Shown piece by piece: positions 9,351 through 18,474 of a stretch of DNA of 64,000 nucleotides. Numbering within the stretch: position 1 is the first letter of the stretch; the number at the start of each line of letters is the position of its first letter. The notes beneath the pieces were generated by a model. That model had not been told where the DNA came from. It made no database searches and was given only the letters and a program-made list of their open reading frames with translations. The DNA is from Hyalangium minutum. GTDB taxonomy: Bacteria; Myxococcota; Myxococcia; Myxococcales; Myxococcaceae. The DNA lies in the NCBI RefSeq assembly GCF_000737315.1, contig NZ_JMCB01000002.1, forward strand, positions 310,001-374,000, in the 5' to 3' direction. A program made the translations under genes and the position numbers.

Positions 9351-9523
9351 GCAGTCTGATCCTTTGCGCTTTGTATGTGTGTGCTGCCGAACACCTCCCT
9401 TTGCGCGGTGTATTTCCCCGGCGGCTGCTGGCTGGGATTGCGGGTGGGCAACGCCTCATGAGCGCGCTTGGCGCGAGGCGGTACGACCGGCTGTTCGCTC
9501 GATGGGTGAGCGATCAACCTCAG

Positions 9524-10204
9524 TCAGGGCTCGGCCCACTGCCTGAGCAGGTTGTGGTAGATGCCCGTCAGCATGACCAGGGAGGGGCTCTTGGGCACCT
9601 CCCGGGTGAGCTGCATGATCGACGTGTCGAGGTCGAAGAGCAGCGCTCGCTTGCTCACATCGCGAATCATGCTCTGCACCCAGAAGAAGGAGGCCAGCCG
9701 CACTCCTCGCGTCACGGGCGTGACGTGGTGCAGGCTGGAGGCGGGGTAGATGATGAGATCCCCCGCCGGCAGCTTCACCGAGTGGCTGCCATACGTGTCC
9801 TCCACGACGAGCTCTCCCCCGTCGTAGCTCTCCGGGTCGGAGAGGAAGAGCGTCGCCGAGACGTCCGTGCGCAAGCGCAGCGGCGTCCCGGTGATCGGAC
9901 GGATGGCATTGTCCACGTGCGAGCCGAAGTTCATCCCCGGCTCGTAGCGGTTGAACAGCGGCGGGAAGACCCGCTGCGGCAACACCGCCGAGATGAACAG
10001 GGGGCTGCGCTCGAGCGCCCCCAGCACCAGATCCCCCAGCATCCGCGCCGCCGGGCTGTTCTCCGGAAGCTGCAGGTTCTTCTTCACCTGTGCTGACTGG
10101 TGGCCGGCCGTGCTGCGGCCGTCCTCCCAGTCAGCTCGGGCGAAGGTCTCCCGGCAGTGGGTCACCTGCTCGGCGGTGAGGACGTGGGGGATGTGCACCA
10201 ACAT
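9524..10204 (-). CDS. piuC: PKHD-type Fe(II)/2OG hydroxylase (PiuC/YbiX)
   Basis: FNRY...[35 protein letters not shown]. Confidence 0.93.
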   Translation of the reverse strand: MLVHIPHVLTAEQVTHCRETFARADWEDGRSTAGHQSAQVKKNLQLPENSPAARMLGDLVLGALERSPLFISAVLPQRVFPPLFNRYEPGMNFGSHVDNAIRPITGTPLRLRTDVSATLFLSDPESYDGGELVVEDTYGSHSVKLPAGDLIIYPASSLHHVTPVTRGVRLASFFWVQSMIRDVSKRALLFDLDTSIMQLTREVPKSPSLVMLTGIYHNLLRQWAEP

Positions 10205-10206
10205 GG

Positions 10207-12555
10207 CTAGAACCGGTACTTGCCGGACACGCTGACCGTGCGGCCCTCCGCCGGAACCGCGTGCCCTGCGTAGTACTGCGAATAGTAGAGCGCGTTCGTC
10301 AGGTTGTTGAGGTTGAGCTGCACCTCTACCTTGCCCCAGTGGTAGCCCGCCACCGCGTCGAAGCGCCAGTAGTTGGGCACCTTGAGGAAAGCGACCGTCG
10401 CGGAGGCCGGGTTGTTGACCGTCGTCACGCTCTGATAGATGGCGCCGCCTCCCAACGTGAGGTTCTCGATGACCTCGTAGGTCGTCCAGAGCGAGAGGCT
10501 GTTCTTCGGAGTGTTCGGCAGCGGCTGGCCTTCCAGGTAGTCATTGCTGTGCTCCAGGATGGCCGAGTAGATGTGCGTGAAGTTCGCGAACAGCCGCAGG
10601 CGCTCGGTCACGGTGCCGGCCACGCCCACGTTGTAGCCCTCCGCGCGCTGCCGGCCCGCCAGGATCTGCGGAGGCCCGCTCGGATCCGTGTTCGGCACGC
10701 GCGCATTCCTCTTGTCGATGCGGAACACCGCCGCGCTCAGCCCCAGCCGGTCCTCCAGGAGGTCAGCCTTGGCGCCCGCTTCGATGATCCGGTTCTTCTC
10801 GGGCTCGAGGCTCTCGGTGGCTGCATCGAGCGTCCCGGCCTCCGCGGACGGATTGGCGGAGGTGCCATACATGGCATAGACGCTCGTCTTCTCCAGCGGG
10901 TGCAGCACGAGCCCCGCGCGCCAGTTGAGGAAGGTGTCCTTGTTCTCCAGGTGGGTGACGGCTCCCGCGTTGTTCGTCGAGGCGTAGTCCGTGCTGAAGA
11001 TGTCGTAGCGCAGTGAGCCGACGAGCTCGAGGTATTGGGTGATGCCGAGCTGCTCCGACGCATAGAACGCCAACGTGCGCTGGATGCCCGCGTTGCTGGT
11101 GGAGAAGACTCGGTCGACCGAGGAAAGGTCCGGCGTGGGGTTCGGATCAAACAGATCCGCGGGCAGGTTCGTGCCCGAGGGAAGGCCTTGCGCCAACAGA
11201 TTGTAGCGGCGCTGTTCCCGCGTCTCCCGGGACCACTCGAGCCCGATGTTCGCCGTGTGCTTGGCGATACCGGTCTCGAACTCTCCGCGCAGATCCAACT
11301 GGTCCACCAGATAGGTGTTGTCCGTCGCGGTCTCGAAGCGCTGCCGTCCAATCGTGGTGGGAGCCCCGGCGGGCGTCAGGCCGCGCGGCGCCGTGGGCCG
11401 GGCGAACCGATCCACGCCGCCGTAGCGCAGCGTGTTCGTCAGGCTTAGGGCGGGGCTGAACTGGTGCTGGATACGGCCCGTGGCGATGTGGGCGTTGACC
11501 CGCTCCGTGTCCGAGTCCTGCACGCCGTAGAACGTCTCTCGGGGGACTTCCAGGGTGTTCGAGACCGGGTAGCCGTTGAAGTAGGGCTCACCGTAGTCCG
11601 GGACACTGTCCTCTCGCTGGTAGAGGTAGTCGAACTCGAGCGAGGTGCGCTCCGCCAGCGCGAAGCGCAGCGAGGGGGCGATGCCCGCGCGGTTGGCCTT
11701 CACCACGTCGCGGTCCGCCACATCCGCCAGCTGCCCCGTCGCGTTGATGCGGACCTGGAAGCGCTCGGAGACCGCCTCGTTCACGTCCAGCGCCAGCCGC
11801 CCCGACGGCGCCGTGCCCGCCGTGAGCGACAGTTCCTGGAAGGACCTGCGCTGAGGCTTCTTCGTGGCGAGGTTGATGGCCCCTCCCGTCGAGCCTCGGC
11901 CGAAGAGCACGGCGGAGGGCCCGAAGTAGACCTCCACTCCCCCCAGGTTGAAGGTGTCTCGCGTGTACCAGCCGATATCGCGCACGCCGTCGCGGCTCAC
12001 GTCCGTCTGCGCCGAGAAGCCGCGGAGGATGAAGGAGTCTCCCTGCCGGCCGCCCTCGCCCGCGCTGACCGTGATTCCCGAGACGTTGCGCAAGGCCTCG
12101 CGAACCGTCGTCGCCTTCTGCTCCTCGAGCACCTTCTCCGGGACCACCGTGACGCTCTGAGGCGTGTTGATCAGCGGCGTGGGCAGGCGCGTGAGGTTGC
12201 TCTCCTCGACGCGGTAGGTCTCGGCCTCGCCCTGCACCTGGACCGTCGGCAGCACGAACTGGCCCTCGGTCCCCGCCGAATCCTGGGGCGCTGCAGCGGG
12301 AGCCGCCGTCGCTGGCGCCTCGGGCTGGGGCTGCGCGGGGAGTCCCGCCGGCTGCGGTGGAGGCGTGGAGGGACGCTCCTCGGTCACGGGCGGCGCGGCA
12401 GGTGCCGCGGCCTCCTGGGCGAGCGCTCCAGGGGTGATCAGCGCGGACGCCAGTCCGACGGCCGCAGGCCCCCAGGGACGCACCACCCCGCGCAAGCCTC
12501 CCGCGGTGCCCTTCGTCGAGCGAATGCCCGTGCCACCCTTCTTTGACGCTCCCAC
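10207..12555 (-). CDS. TonB-dependent siderophore receptor (Fiu/PiuA-like)
   Basis: Plug motifs [30 protein letters not shown]; C-terminal F; probable GTG start at 12555 (the ORF-track extension runs through a Fur-like box). Confidence 0.92.
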   Translation of the reverse strand: MGASKKGGTGIRSTKGTAGGLRGVVRPWGPAAVGLASALITPGALAQEAAAPAAPPVTEERPSTPPPQPAGLPAQPQPEAPATAAPAAAPQDSAGTEGQFVLPTVQVQGEAETYRVEESNLTRLPTPLINTPQSVTVVPEKVLEEQKATTVREALRNVSGITVSAGEGGRQGDSFILRGFSAQTDVSRDGVRDIGWYTRDTFNLGGVEVYFGPSAVLFGRGSTGGAINLATKKPQRRSFQELSLTAGTAPSGRLALDVNEAVSERFQVRINATGQLADVADRDVVKANRAGIAPSLRFALAERTSLEFDYLYQREDSVPDYGEPYFNGYPVSNTLEVPRETFYGVQDSDTERVNAHIATGRIQHQFSPALSLTNTLRYGGVDRFARPTAPRGLTPAGAPTTIGRQRFETATDNTYLVDQLDLRGEFETGIAKHTANIGLEWSRETREQRRYNLLAQGLPSGTNLPADLFDPNPTPDLSSVDRVFSTSNAGIQRTLAFYASEQLGITQYLELVGSLRYDIFSTDYASTNNAGAVTHLENKDTFLNWRAGLVLHPLEKTSVYAMYGTSANPSAEAGTLDAATESLEPEKNRIIEAGAKADLLEDRLGLSAAVFRIDKRNARVPNTDPSGPPQILAGRQRAEGYNVGVAGTVTERLRLFANFTHIYSAILEHSNDYLEGQPLPNTPKNSLSLWTTYEVIENLTLGGGAIYQSVTTVNNPASATVAFLKVPNYWRFDAVAGYHWGKVEVQLNLNNLTNALYYSQYYAGHAVPAEGRTVSVSGKYRF

Positions 12556-12579
12556 GTTTACCCCGCTGTTGGCGTTAAT

Positions 12580-12598
12580 TGTGATTTTGATTCTCAGT
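12580..12598. promoter_or_regulatory. Fur-like box upstream of the TBDR (imperfect)
   Basis: AT-rich tgtgattttgattctcagt shares the GATTCTCA half-site with the 14763 box. Confidence 0.5.
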
Positions 12599-12667
12599 TG
12601 CAAGAAACGGCCGGAGGCTGTCCAGCTCCTGCTTCAAGAAGAGGCGGAGGCGGGTTCAGCTCCTGCT

Positions 12668-13918
12668 TCAGGAAACGACCGGAGGCTGTTCCAGCTCCTG
12701 CTCCGTGGTCGCCACCGTGGACCGGCGGCGGAAGAAGCGCCGCCAGGAGAGGGTGAAGCCGGTCCACATCAGGAAGGCTCCCGCCAAGGAGGCCACTCCC
12801 GCGACGAGCTGGCCCGCCCACCCGAGCGCCTGTCCCGTGTGCAGGAAGCGCAGCCAGGTGCGGATCTGCCGGCCACTGTTGTAGTCAGCGAAGGTCTCCC
12901 GGCGCAGCACCTCCGCCGTGAAGGGATTGAGCGAGAGCTGCGCGGAAGCGAAGAGGGGCCATCCTCCCTGCTCCTTGATGGAGAAGGTCATGGCCTGCGG
13001 CCCGCGTGGACCTCCTTCGCGCGGGGCTCCTTCGCGTGGGCCACCCTCGCGCTGCCCTCCAGGCCGGGGGCCTCCGCCCATGCGCAGCGAGATGCTCTCC
13101 CAGGCGGGCACCTGCTTCTGGGCCTCCGCGAAAAGCGCGTCGACACCCAGGGGCGTGGCACCGGGAGGCGGCTCGGGCACCTTGACTGCGGTCTGCCCGA
13201 ACGGGCCCGAGTTGGCGGGCGGCTCATTCCCGGTGAGTGTGAAGATGAGGTCCGAGACCGCCTTGTAGGACATGACCACGCCCGACGCGGTCAGGACGAC
13301 GAGGATGGGCATGGCCCAGAAGCCCGCCGCGTTGTGCCAGTTGAAGTCTCGCGCCTTGCCCTTCAGCCCGCCCTTGAACCAGAGGACCGGGCGCACCGTC
13401 TTCCACGTCCACCTGCGAGGCCACCAGAGGTACAAGCCAGAGACAGCCAGGAACAGGAAGGCCGCATTGCAGACGCCGGTGACTCCTCGGCCCAGTGCGC
13501 GATGGTCCTCGGAGGTGGCCAGCCACCGGTGCAGTTCTTCCATTTGATGCAAGAAGGCACGCAGCCCTTTTCCTCCCTGCTCCCGGACGTCGCCCGTGTA
13601 GGGGTCCACGTAGACGCCGCTCCCGCGGCCCGTGCTCACCAGCACGGCGGACTCCGGATCGGCGTACACCGTCACGCCTTGAGGCTGCACCCCAGGCTTG
13701 GCCGCGCGCACTCGCGCCAACAGCTCTTCCACGGGGAGGCGGGCGGCTCCGGACGGGGGGGGCTGCACCTGCCGGGCCTCGCGATCCGCCCATTGCTCGA
13801 GCTGCGGCTCGAAGGCGAGCGCCGCTCCCGTCAGCGACATGAGGCCGATGATGATCCCAGCCACGAGGCCGGAGACCAGGTGCATCCAGAAGAGGATCGT
13901 GCGGAAGGTGCTTTTCAT
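12668..13918 (-). CDS. PepSY-associated TM domain protein (PiuB-like)
   Basis: FWMHLVSG, SLTGA, YVDPYTG, LHRWL, SGLYLWWP, WHNAAG, LHTG. Confidence 0.9.
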   Translation of the reverse strand: MKSTFRTILFWMHLVSGLVAGIIIGLMSLTGAALAFEPQLEQWADREARQVQPPPSGAARLPVEELLARVRAAKPGVQPQGVTVYADPESAVLVSTGRGSGVYVDPYTGDVREQGGKGLRAFLHQMEELHRWLATSEDHRALGRGVTGVCNAAFLFLAVSGLYLWWPRRWTWKTVRPVLWFKGGLKGKARDFNWHNAAGFWAMPILVVLTASGVVMSYKAVSDLIFTLTGNEPPANSGPFGQTAVKVPEPPPGATPLGVDALFAEAQKQVPAWESISLRMGGGPRPGGQREGGPREGAPREGGPRGPQAMTFSIKEQGGWPLFASAQLSLNPFTAEVLRRETFADYNSGRQIRTWLRFLHTGQALGWAGQLVAGVASLAGAFLMWTGFTLSWRRFFRRRSTVATTEQELEQPPVVS

Positions 13919-13919
13919 G

Positions 13920-14681
13920 TCACTTGAGGGAGAACTGGACGGGGATGTCGACGATCACTCGCACCAGCCGGCCGTGCCGTCCGAGGGCGGGGGAGAAGCG
14001 CCACTGACGGACGGCGGCCAGGGCGGCCGCGTCGAGCTCCGGCACCGAGCGGATGATGCGCAGGCTCTCGGGTTCGACGCGCCCATCGATCCCAATGATG
14101 ATGCGGACCAGGACCAGCCCCTCGATGCCTTGGGAGCGGGCCGGCCGGGGATATTGAGGGAGGACCTGCTGGAGCACGGTGGGCGGACGCGACACCTGCT
14201 TCACGTCAACCGCCTCGCCGCCCGAGGCGACTCCCAGCCCCGTGCCAACACCTTCCTTCGCAGCGGAGTTCACGAGGCCCGCGACCACCGCTCCCATCGC
14301 TCCGGTTCCCGCCGCGGACTCAGGCTCTTCGAGGGCAGGGGCTTCCTCCTGCGGGGCTTGCTCCACTTCTTCAGGGACGGGCGCCTTCTCCGGCAGGGGC
14401 GCTGGCACCTGCGGTGGCGGCTTGAGACGAGCAGGGCGTGCACGGGCCCTGGTCATCACTCGCTGGGGCACTGCCGCTGGCGCGGCAGGGGCCGGGGCCG
14501 CCGCAGGGGGCGCCATGAAGGTGAGGAGTACCAACGGCGGGTCCTCGGGAGGTGGCGCTGTCTGCGGGGAGAGGCGGGGAACCCAAAGCACGGCCAAGAC
14601 CGCCCCGACGTGGACGAACGCGGCGATCATCAAGGCCCATCCCCAGCGCTCCCAGTCGCTCGCCCCAGCCGCATGGCCCAT
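13920..14681 (-). CDS. tonB: Energy transducer TonB
   Basis: N-terminal TM helix with His, Pro-rich linker, C-terminal PQYP..AR..GIEG.V...WRF.PA; ATG 14681 preferred because the longer start overlaps the Fur box. Confidence 0.85.
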   Translation of the reverse strand: MGHAAGASDWERWGWALMIAAFVHVGAVLAVLWVPRLSPQTAPPPEDPPLVLLTFMAPPAAAPAPAAPAAVPQRVMTRARARPARLKPPPQVPAPLPEKAPVPEEVEQAPQEEAPALEEPESAAGTGAMGAVVAGLVNSAAKEGVGTGLGVASGGEAVDVKQVSRPPTVLQQVLPQYPRPARSQGIEGLVLVRIIIGIDGRVEPESLRIIRSVPELDAAALAAVRQWRFSPALGRHGRLVRVIVDIPVQFSLK

Positions 14682-14762
14682 GCGGAAGAGCCCCGCTGCG
14701 TCTCTCGCGCCCGCTCTCTGCGCGAGGGCCGGACCCTGGCCGTACGGTTCGAAAGGCGTGAT

Positions 14763-14781
14763 ATTGAGAATCGTTCTCAAT
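14763..14781. promoter_or_regulatory. Fur-like 19-bp palindromic box
   Basis: attgagaatcgttctcaat, a near-perfect 19-bp dyad about 80 bp upstream of the tonB-pepSY-TBDR-piuC run. Confidence 0.75.
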
Positions 14782-14916
14782 TTCATTGCTCCCACAAGTA
14801 TCTTGGGGGAGCGGTTGCGTCAACCCTGCCTGGATCAAAATGGTTGGCGCGGGACGAGGGAGGAAGTCCATGCCTACTGCGAGTGTTCTGATCACCCGAA
14901 CTTGGGGTGAAGACCT

Positions 14917-15978
14917 TCAGGGCTTGGGGACAAAGCCGAGCAAGGTCCGGGGGAACTTGTCAGTCACCAGCAGGAAGCCCCGGTCCTCCAGCCGCACCAC
15001 GCCCTCCCAGTTCCGGGCTGCTTCATTGGAGAGCTGGAGCTGAAGGGGTGGCCTGTCTGTGAGCACGATGCCGCCTGGAGTGACTTGGAGTTCGATGAGC
15101 CGTTCCACCTGGGGCTTCTGCGCTTGGGTCGGTCCGGTGCCATACCGGGCCATGAGCGGATCCGGCGCCGGCTTGAAGTGTTTCTGAGTGCCTGGGTAGT
15201 TGTAGTTCATCACCCAGAACCGGCCCGTCGCATCCAGCGAGGTGGCATCGGTGATGCGGTACTCGATCGCGGGCAGCGTGAGCTTTCCGGAATGGCCCAA
15301 CGAGCCATCGAAGCTCTCGGCGGCCGGCGCCGGGTTCACACGGGCCCCATTCGCTTCGTACAGGGCCAGCACCCGGTTCTCGCCTACCACCAGCGCCTCG
15401 AAGCCCGCGTTCGATACGTCGGCTGGCAAGGGCAGAACCGCCTGAGGTGAAGCCTCGAGCTTCAGCACGCTCAGATCCGGCGCGATGCGGCCGGTGACCA
15501 GGAACGCCTTCCCGGCGAGCCGGTGGGTCTCCACGGTCAGATACGCCTGCTCCCCGGAGAAGCCGAGCGCCTCGTAGCCTTCAAAGCCGGTGATGCGCTT
15601 CTCGAGGCCGCCGCTGTCGAACACGATGCAGCGAGGCTCCAGCGGCCCCGTCGCGGTGTGATCGATCCGCGCGAGGAGTTCCGCTTTCGAGACGGTGTAG
15701 AGGCAGGCGGGGCCGTCATCCTCCCAGCCGGGATATTGCGGCAGCATGACGAGGTGATCGCCGTACCACGCGAGCCCCGAGAGCTCGGCGTCTTCGCTCT
15801 GAAGCGCGCCACCCAGGGGCAGGAGGGTGACGATTTGCTCCGGCGCTGTCCCCCGTAACGCCGGAGGCACATCCGCTAGAGCCACCGGCTGGGAAGAGCT
15901 CGAGACACACCCGGCCATGGCCAGGGAGAGAACGAGCGCGCGAACCGTCCAGCGCACCTGGTTTCTGTCTCGTGTCAT
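14917..15978 (-). CDS. Hypothetical lipoprotein, probable beta-propeller
   Basis: Lipobox MAGC; repeated ELSGLAW / GYEAL / GFEAL / NWEGV blades resembling SdiA-regulated or phytase-like propellers. Confidence 0.7.
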   Translation of the reverse strand: MTRDRNQVRWTVRALVLSLAMAGCVSSSSQPVALADVPPALRGTAPEQIVTLLPLGGALQSEDAELSGLAWYGDHLVMLPQYPGWEDDGPACLYTVSKAELLARIDHTATGPLEPRCIVFDSGGLEKRITGFEGYEALGFSGEQAYLTVETHRLAGKAFLVTGRIAPDLSVLKLEASPQAVLPLPADVSNAGFEALVVGENRVLALYEANGARVNPAPAAESFDGSLGHSGKLTLPAIEYRITDATSLDATGRFWVMNYNYPGTQKHFKPAPDPLMARYGTGPTQAQKPQVERLIELQVTPGGIVLTDRPPLQLQLSNEAARNWEGVVRLEDRGFLLVTDKFPRTLLGFVPKP

Positions 15979-16008
15979 GTTTCGCCCTGACCCGGTTTCT
16001 TCGGTGGC

Positions 16009-17022
16009 TCAGGCGCGCTCGAAGCGGACCTGCGCACGGCTCATCACGTGCTCCACCACCAGCAGGTGCCACGCCACTTGATCGATGCGCGCCATCTGCT
16101 GGGGCTCGGCGCGCAGGGACTGCGCCAGCTCCTCCATCGTCACTCCCGCCGCGGCCGCATGCTCTCGAAGCAGCGCCTCCACGCGCTCGGGAGTCAGGGT
16201 GAGCCCGTCCCGCTCGCGGATGGCGGCCAAGGCCAGGCCGATCCTCAGCCGGTTCTCCACTTCGGCGCGGGTCCGTGCGTCGCGAAGCCAGGTCTGGAGC
16301 GACTCCTGCTGCTGCTCCGGGGAAAGCTCCAGCTCGCGGACGGTAATGCCCTCGCTGGCGTTCCAGCGCGCGATGATTTCCCGGTCGATGAGCTCGGGAG
16401 GAACCTTCACCTCGGTGCGCGCGGCCACCTCGTCCAGCACCCGCTGCTGGGCCAGGAGCCCCAACTGCTGCACCGTCTCTTGCTCCATTTGCTGGTACAC
16501 GCTGCGCATGGCCTCCGCCAGGGTCGCGCCGCGGCCCAGCGCTTGGAGGAACTCCGGGCTCTCCAGATCGGGGTACGTCACCTGGCGCGCTGCGTGGATT
16601 TGAACCATGAAGCGGGCGGGCATGTTGCGCAGCGTCTCGACGGGGTAATCGGCCGGCAACGTGACGTCCACCGCCACGGTCTTGTTGGGGGTGTGGCCAA
16701 CGAGGGCCTCGTACAACCCGGGGAGCTGGGGCTCGGGCAGCAGGGGCAGCCACACCTCTTTGCGGGCACTGAAAGGCACGAGGCGGCCGTTCGAGAAGCC
16801 CACGATGCTCAGCAGCACCTCGTCCTTCCAGGCCACCGGCTCGTTGGGGTACCGGTAGCGCTCGTTGGCGAGCGGTCGCGCCAGCTCGAGGAAGCGCTGC
16901 TGGACTTGCTCCGCGGTGAAATCCTTGGGGGCGGGGACCGTGACTTCCAGTCCCTCCAGGGAGGGCGCCTTGGCCCGAGGCAGCTTCGCCTCGGCCAGAT
17001 CGGGAACAACGAAGCGACTCAT
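16009..17022 (-). CDS. Trigger-factor-like protein (FKBP-like plus C-terminal chaperone domain) lacking the ribosome-binding domain
   Basis: Begins at the PSLEGLEVTVP linker; LPGLYEALVG, FPADY-like LPADYP, VKVPPELIDREI, RLRIGLALAAI; no GFRxGxxP motif; 337 aa. Confidence 0.8.
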   Translation of the reverse strand: MSRFVVPDLAEAKLPRAKAPSLEGLEVTVPAPKDFTAEQVQQRFLELARPLANERYRYPNEPVAWKDEVLLSIVGFSNGRLVPFSARKEVWLPLLPEPQLPGLYEALVGHTPNKTVAVDVTLPADYPVETLRNMPARFMVQIHAARQVTYPDLESPEFLQALGRGATLAEAMRSVYQQMEQETVQQLGLLAQQRVLDEVAARTEVKVPPELIDREIIARWNASEGITVRELELSPEQQQESLQTWLRDARTRAEVENRLRIGLALAAIRERDGLTLTPERVEALLREHAAAAGVTMEELAQSLRAEPQQMARIDQVAWHLLVVEHVMSRAQVRFERA

Positions 17023-17070
17023 GGAAGGCTCCTCCTGGAGGGGGGCAGGGATCCGCCGCCGGCCCTGAGC

Positions 17071-18096
17071 TTAGCCGTTCTTCTTCGGGAGGAACGCACC
17101 GACGAGGGAGGAGACCGCCGAGATCCCCGCGCCCACCTGCGAGACGATGGGGATGTTGGTGGCGGCGGCGACGGAGCCCGCGGCCGAGATGGTGGAGGTC
17201 ACCTTGGCGCCCGTGGAGGACTTGGGGTCCGCCCAGGTGCGCGCCGCCTGGCCGACGTCCAGCGCCGCCAGACCGATGTTGAGGCCCGGCACGAAGCGGC
17301 CGGCCACCTTCGCCGCGGTGCCCGCGCCCTTGGCGCCCGCCTTCACGCCATCCAGCGCCGCGTCGGCCGCCTGGGTCACTTTGGCCGCGTTGCCCGCGCC
17401 GCCCGCGGCCTTCTCACCCGACTTGATGACCTTGCCCTCGATCTTCCCGGCCAGCCCGCCCAGGTGCCCCTTGTGCAGCAGCTCCGCCACGGCCATGCCG
17501 GCGCCGGCGATCCCGCCCTTGATGGCGCTCTTGTCCTTGAGGACCGAGGCCATCGCGTCCGCGTGGCGCAAGGGCCCGCCCTTGTGAGCGGCCTCGGCGG
17601 CCGCGTTGGCCACCGCGCCCGACAGCGGGCCGGCCTTGCCGCCCACCAGGTCCTTGGCCACCTGACCCAGCTTGTCGAAGCTCTTGGCGGAGGAGAAGGC
17701 GGCGGCAGTCTCGAGCGCGCCCTTGGTGGTGCCCAGCACGCCGCGCGCCAGGCCCATGGCGTTCTCCGCGATGGCATGGCCGTCACCGCTCTTCACCGCC
17801 TGCGCCAGCCCGTTGGCGTTGGTGCCGATGCCGACGACGCCGCCCGCCAGGCCCGCGGCGCCCAGGCCCCGGCCCGCCAGGCCCGTGCCACCGTTGTGGT
17901 AGTTCTGGGTCATCGTCTTCCCCGGAGAGAAGAAGTCCTTCGCGTTGAAGGGGGCGGTGGGCGGCTTGACGGTGGTGGCCGGGGGAGGAGACAGCGGCTT
18001 GGCCTTGTCCAGCGCAGGCTTGGTGAAGTCCGAGGAGGGCGTGGTGGTGGAGGGCTGGGGACGGGGAGCAACGGGGCTGGAGTTGATCGTGGTCAT
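17071..18096 (-). CDS. Gly/Ala/Lys-rich hypothetical protein with S/T/P-rich N-terminus and hydrophobic glycine-zipper segments
   Basis: ATG with GAGG RBS; strong G/C third-position bias; no Sec signal peptide visible. Confidence 0.75.
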   Translation of the reverse strand: MTTINSSPVAPRPQPSTTTPSSDFTKPALDKAKPLSPPPATTVKPPTAPFNAKDFFSPGKTMTQNYHNGGTGLAGRGLGAAGLAGGVVGIGTNANGLAQAVKSGDGHAIAENAMGLARGVLGTTKGALETAAAFSSAKSFDKLGQVAKDLVGGKAGPLSGAVANAAAEAAHKGGPLRHADAMASVLKDKSAIKGGIAGAGMAVAELLHKGHLGGLAGKIEGKVIKSGEKAAGGAGNAAKVTQAADAALDGVKAGAKGAGTAAKVAGRFVPGLNIGLAALDVGQAARTWADPKSSTGAKVTSTISAAGSVAAATNIPIVSQVGAGISAVSSLVGAFLPKKNG

Positions 18097-18164
18097 GGCG
18101 GCATCCTCGGAGTGGCGGGGGGCTTGGAAGGGGTGGGAGTCAGTGGCTGACGGACATGAGCATT

Positions 18165-18181
18165 AGCAGGAGGTGTGCCAA
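18165..18181 (-). promoter_or_regulatory. Sigma54 (-24/-12) promoter
   Basis: Minus strand tTGGCACacctcCTGCT, GG-N10-GC, about 70 bp upstream of ATG 18096. Confidence 0.75.
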
Positions 18182-18289
18182 CGCCCCCTGCATCCCACAG
18201 TGGCCCCCTAACCCAGCCATTTTCCAAGAGAAGCGCTCGAGAGCCACCGGCTTGGGGGGCTTCTGGTTTACTTCCCTGGCGGGCTTCCC

Positions 18290-18357
18290 GGGACTCCAGT
18301 CATCAGCCGAGGCCCCTTTACCGTGGGACTCCAGTCATCGGCTGATGAGTCCAGTCA
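18290..18357. repeat. Direct/inverted repeat cluster, candidate enhancer-binding-protein sites
   Basis: gggactccagtcatc at 18290-18304 and 18325-18339; 11-bp inverted repeat 18300-18310/18338-18348; extra tccagtca at 18350. Confidence 0.6.
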
Positions 18358-18474
18358 CCAAGCGGGACTCGAGGCGGGTGGCGGGCTCGGCCAGGAAACT
18401 GGATACGGCAGAGTGGACATGGGTTGGATGAGCCCTGAGTCTCGCCAGTCATTGGCTCACCCCCGAGGCATCTC

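Noticed and set aside
14682-14795. ORF-track starts for tonB (14795) and TBDR (12603)
   Set aside because: The extensions run through AT-rich Fur-like boxes; downstream starts fit better
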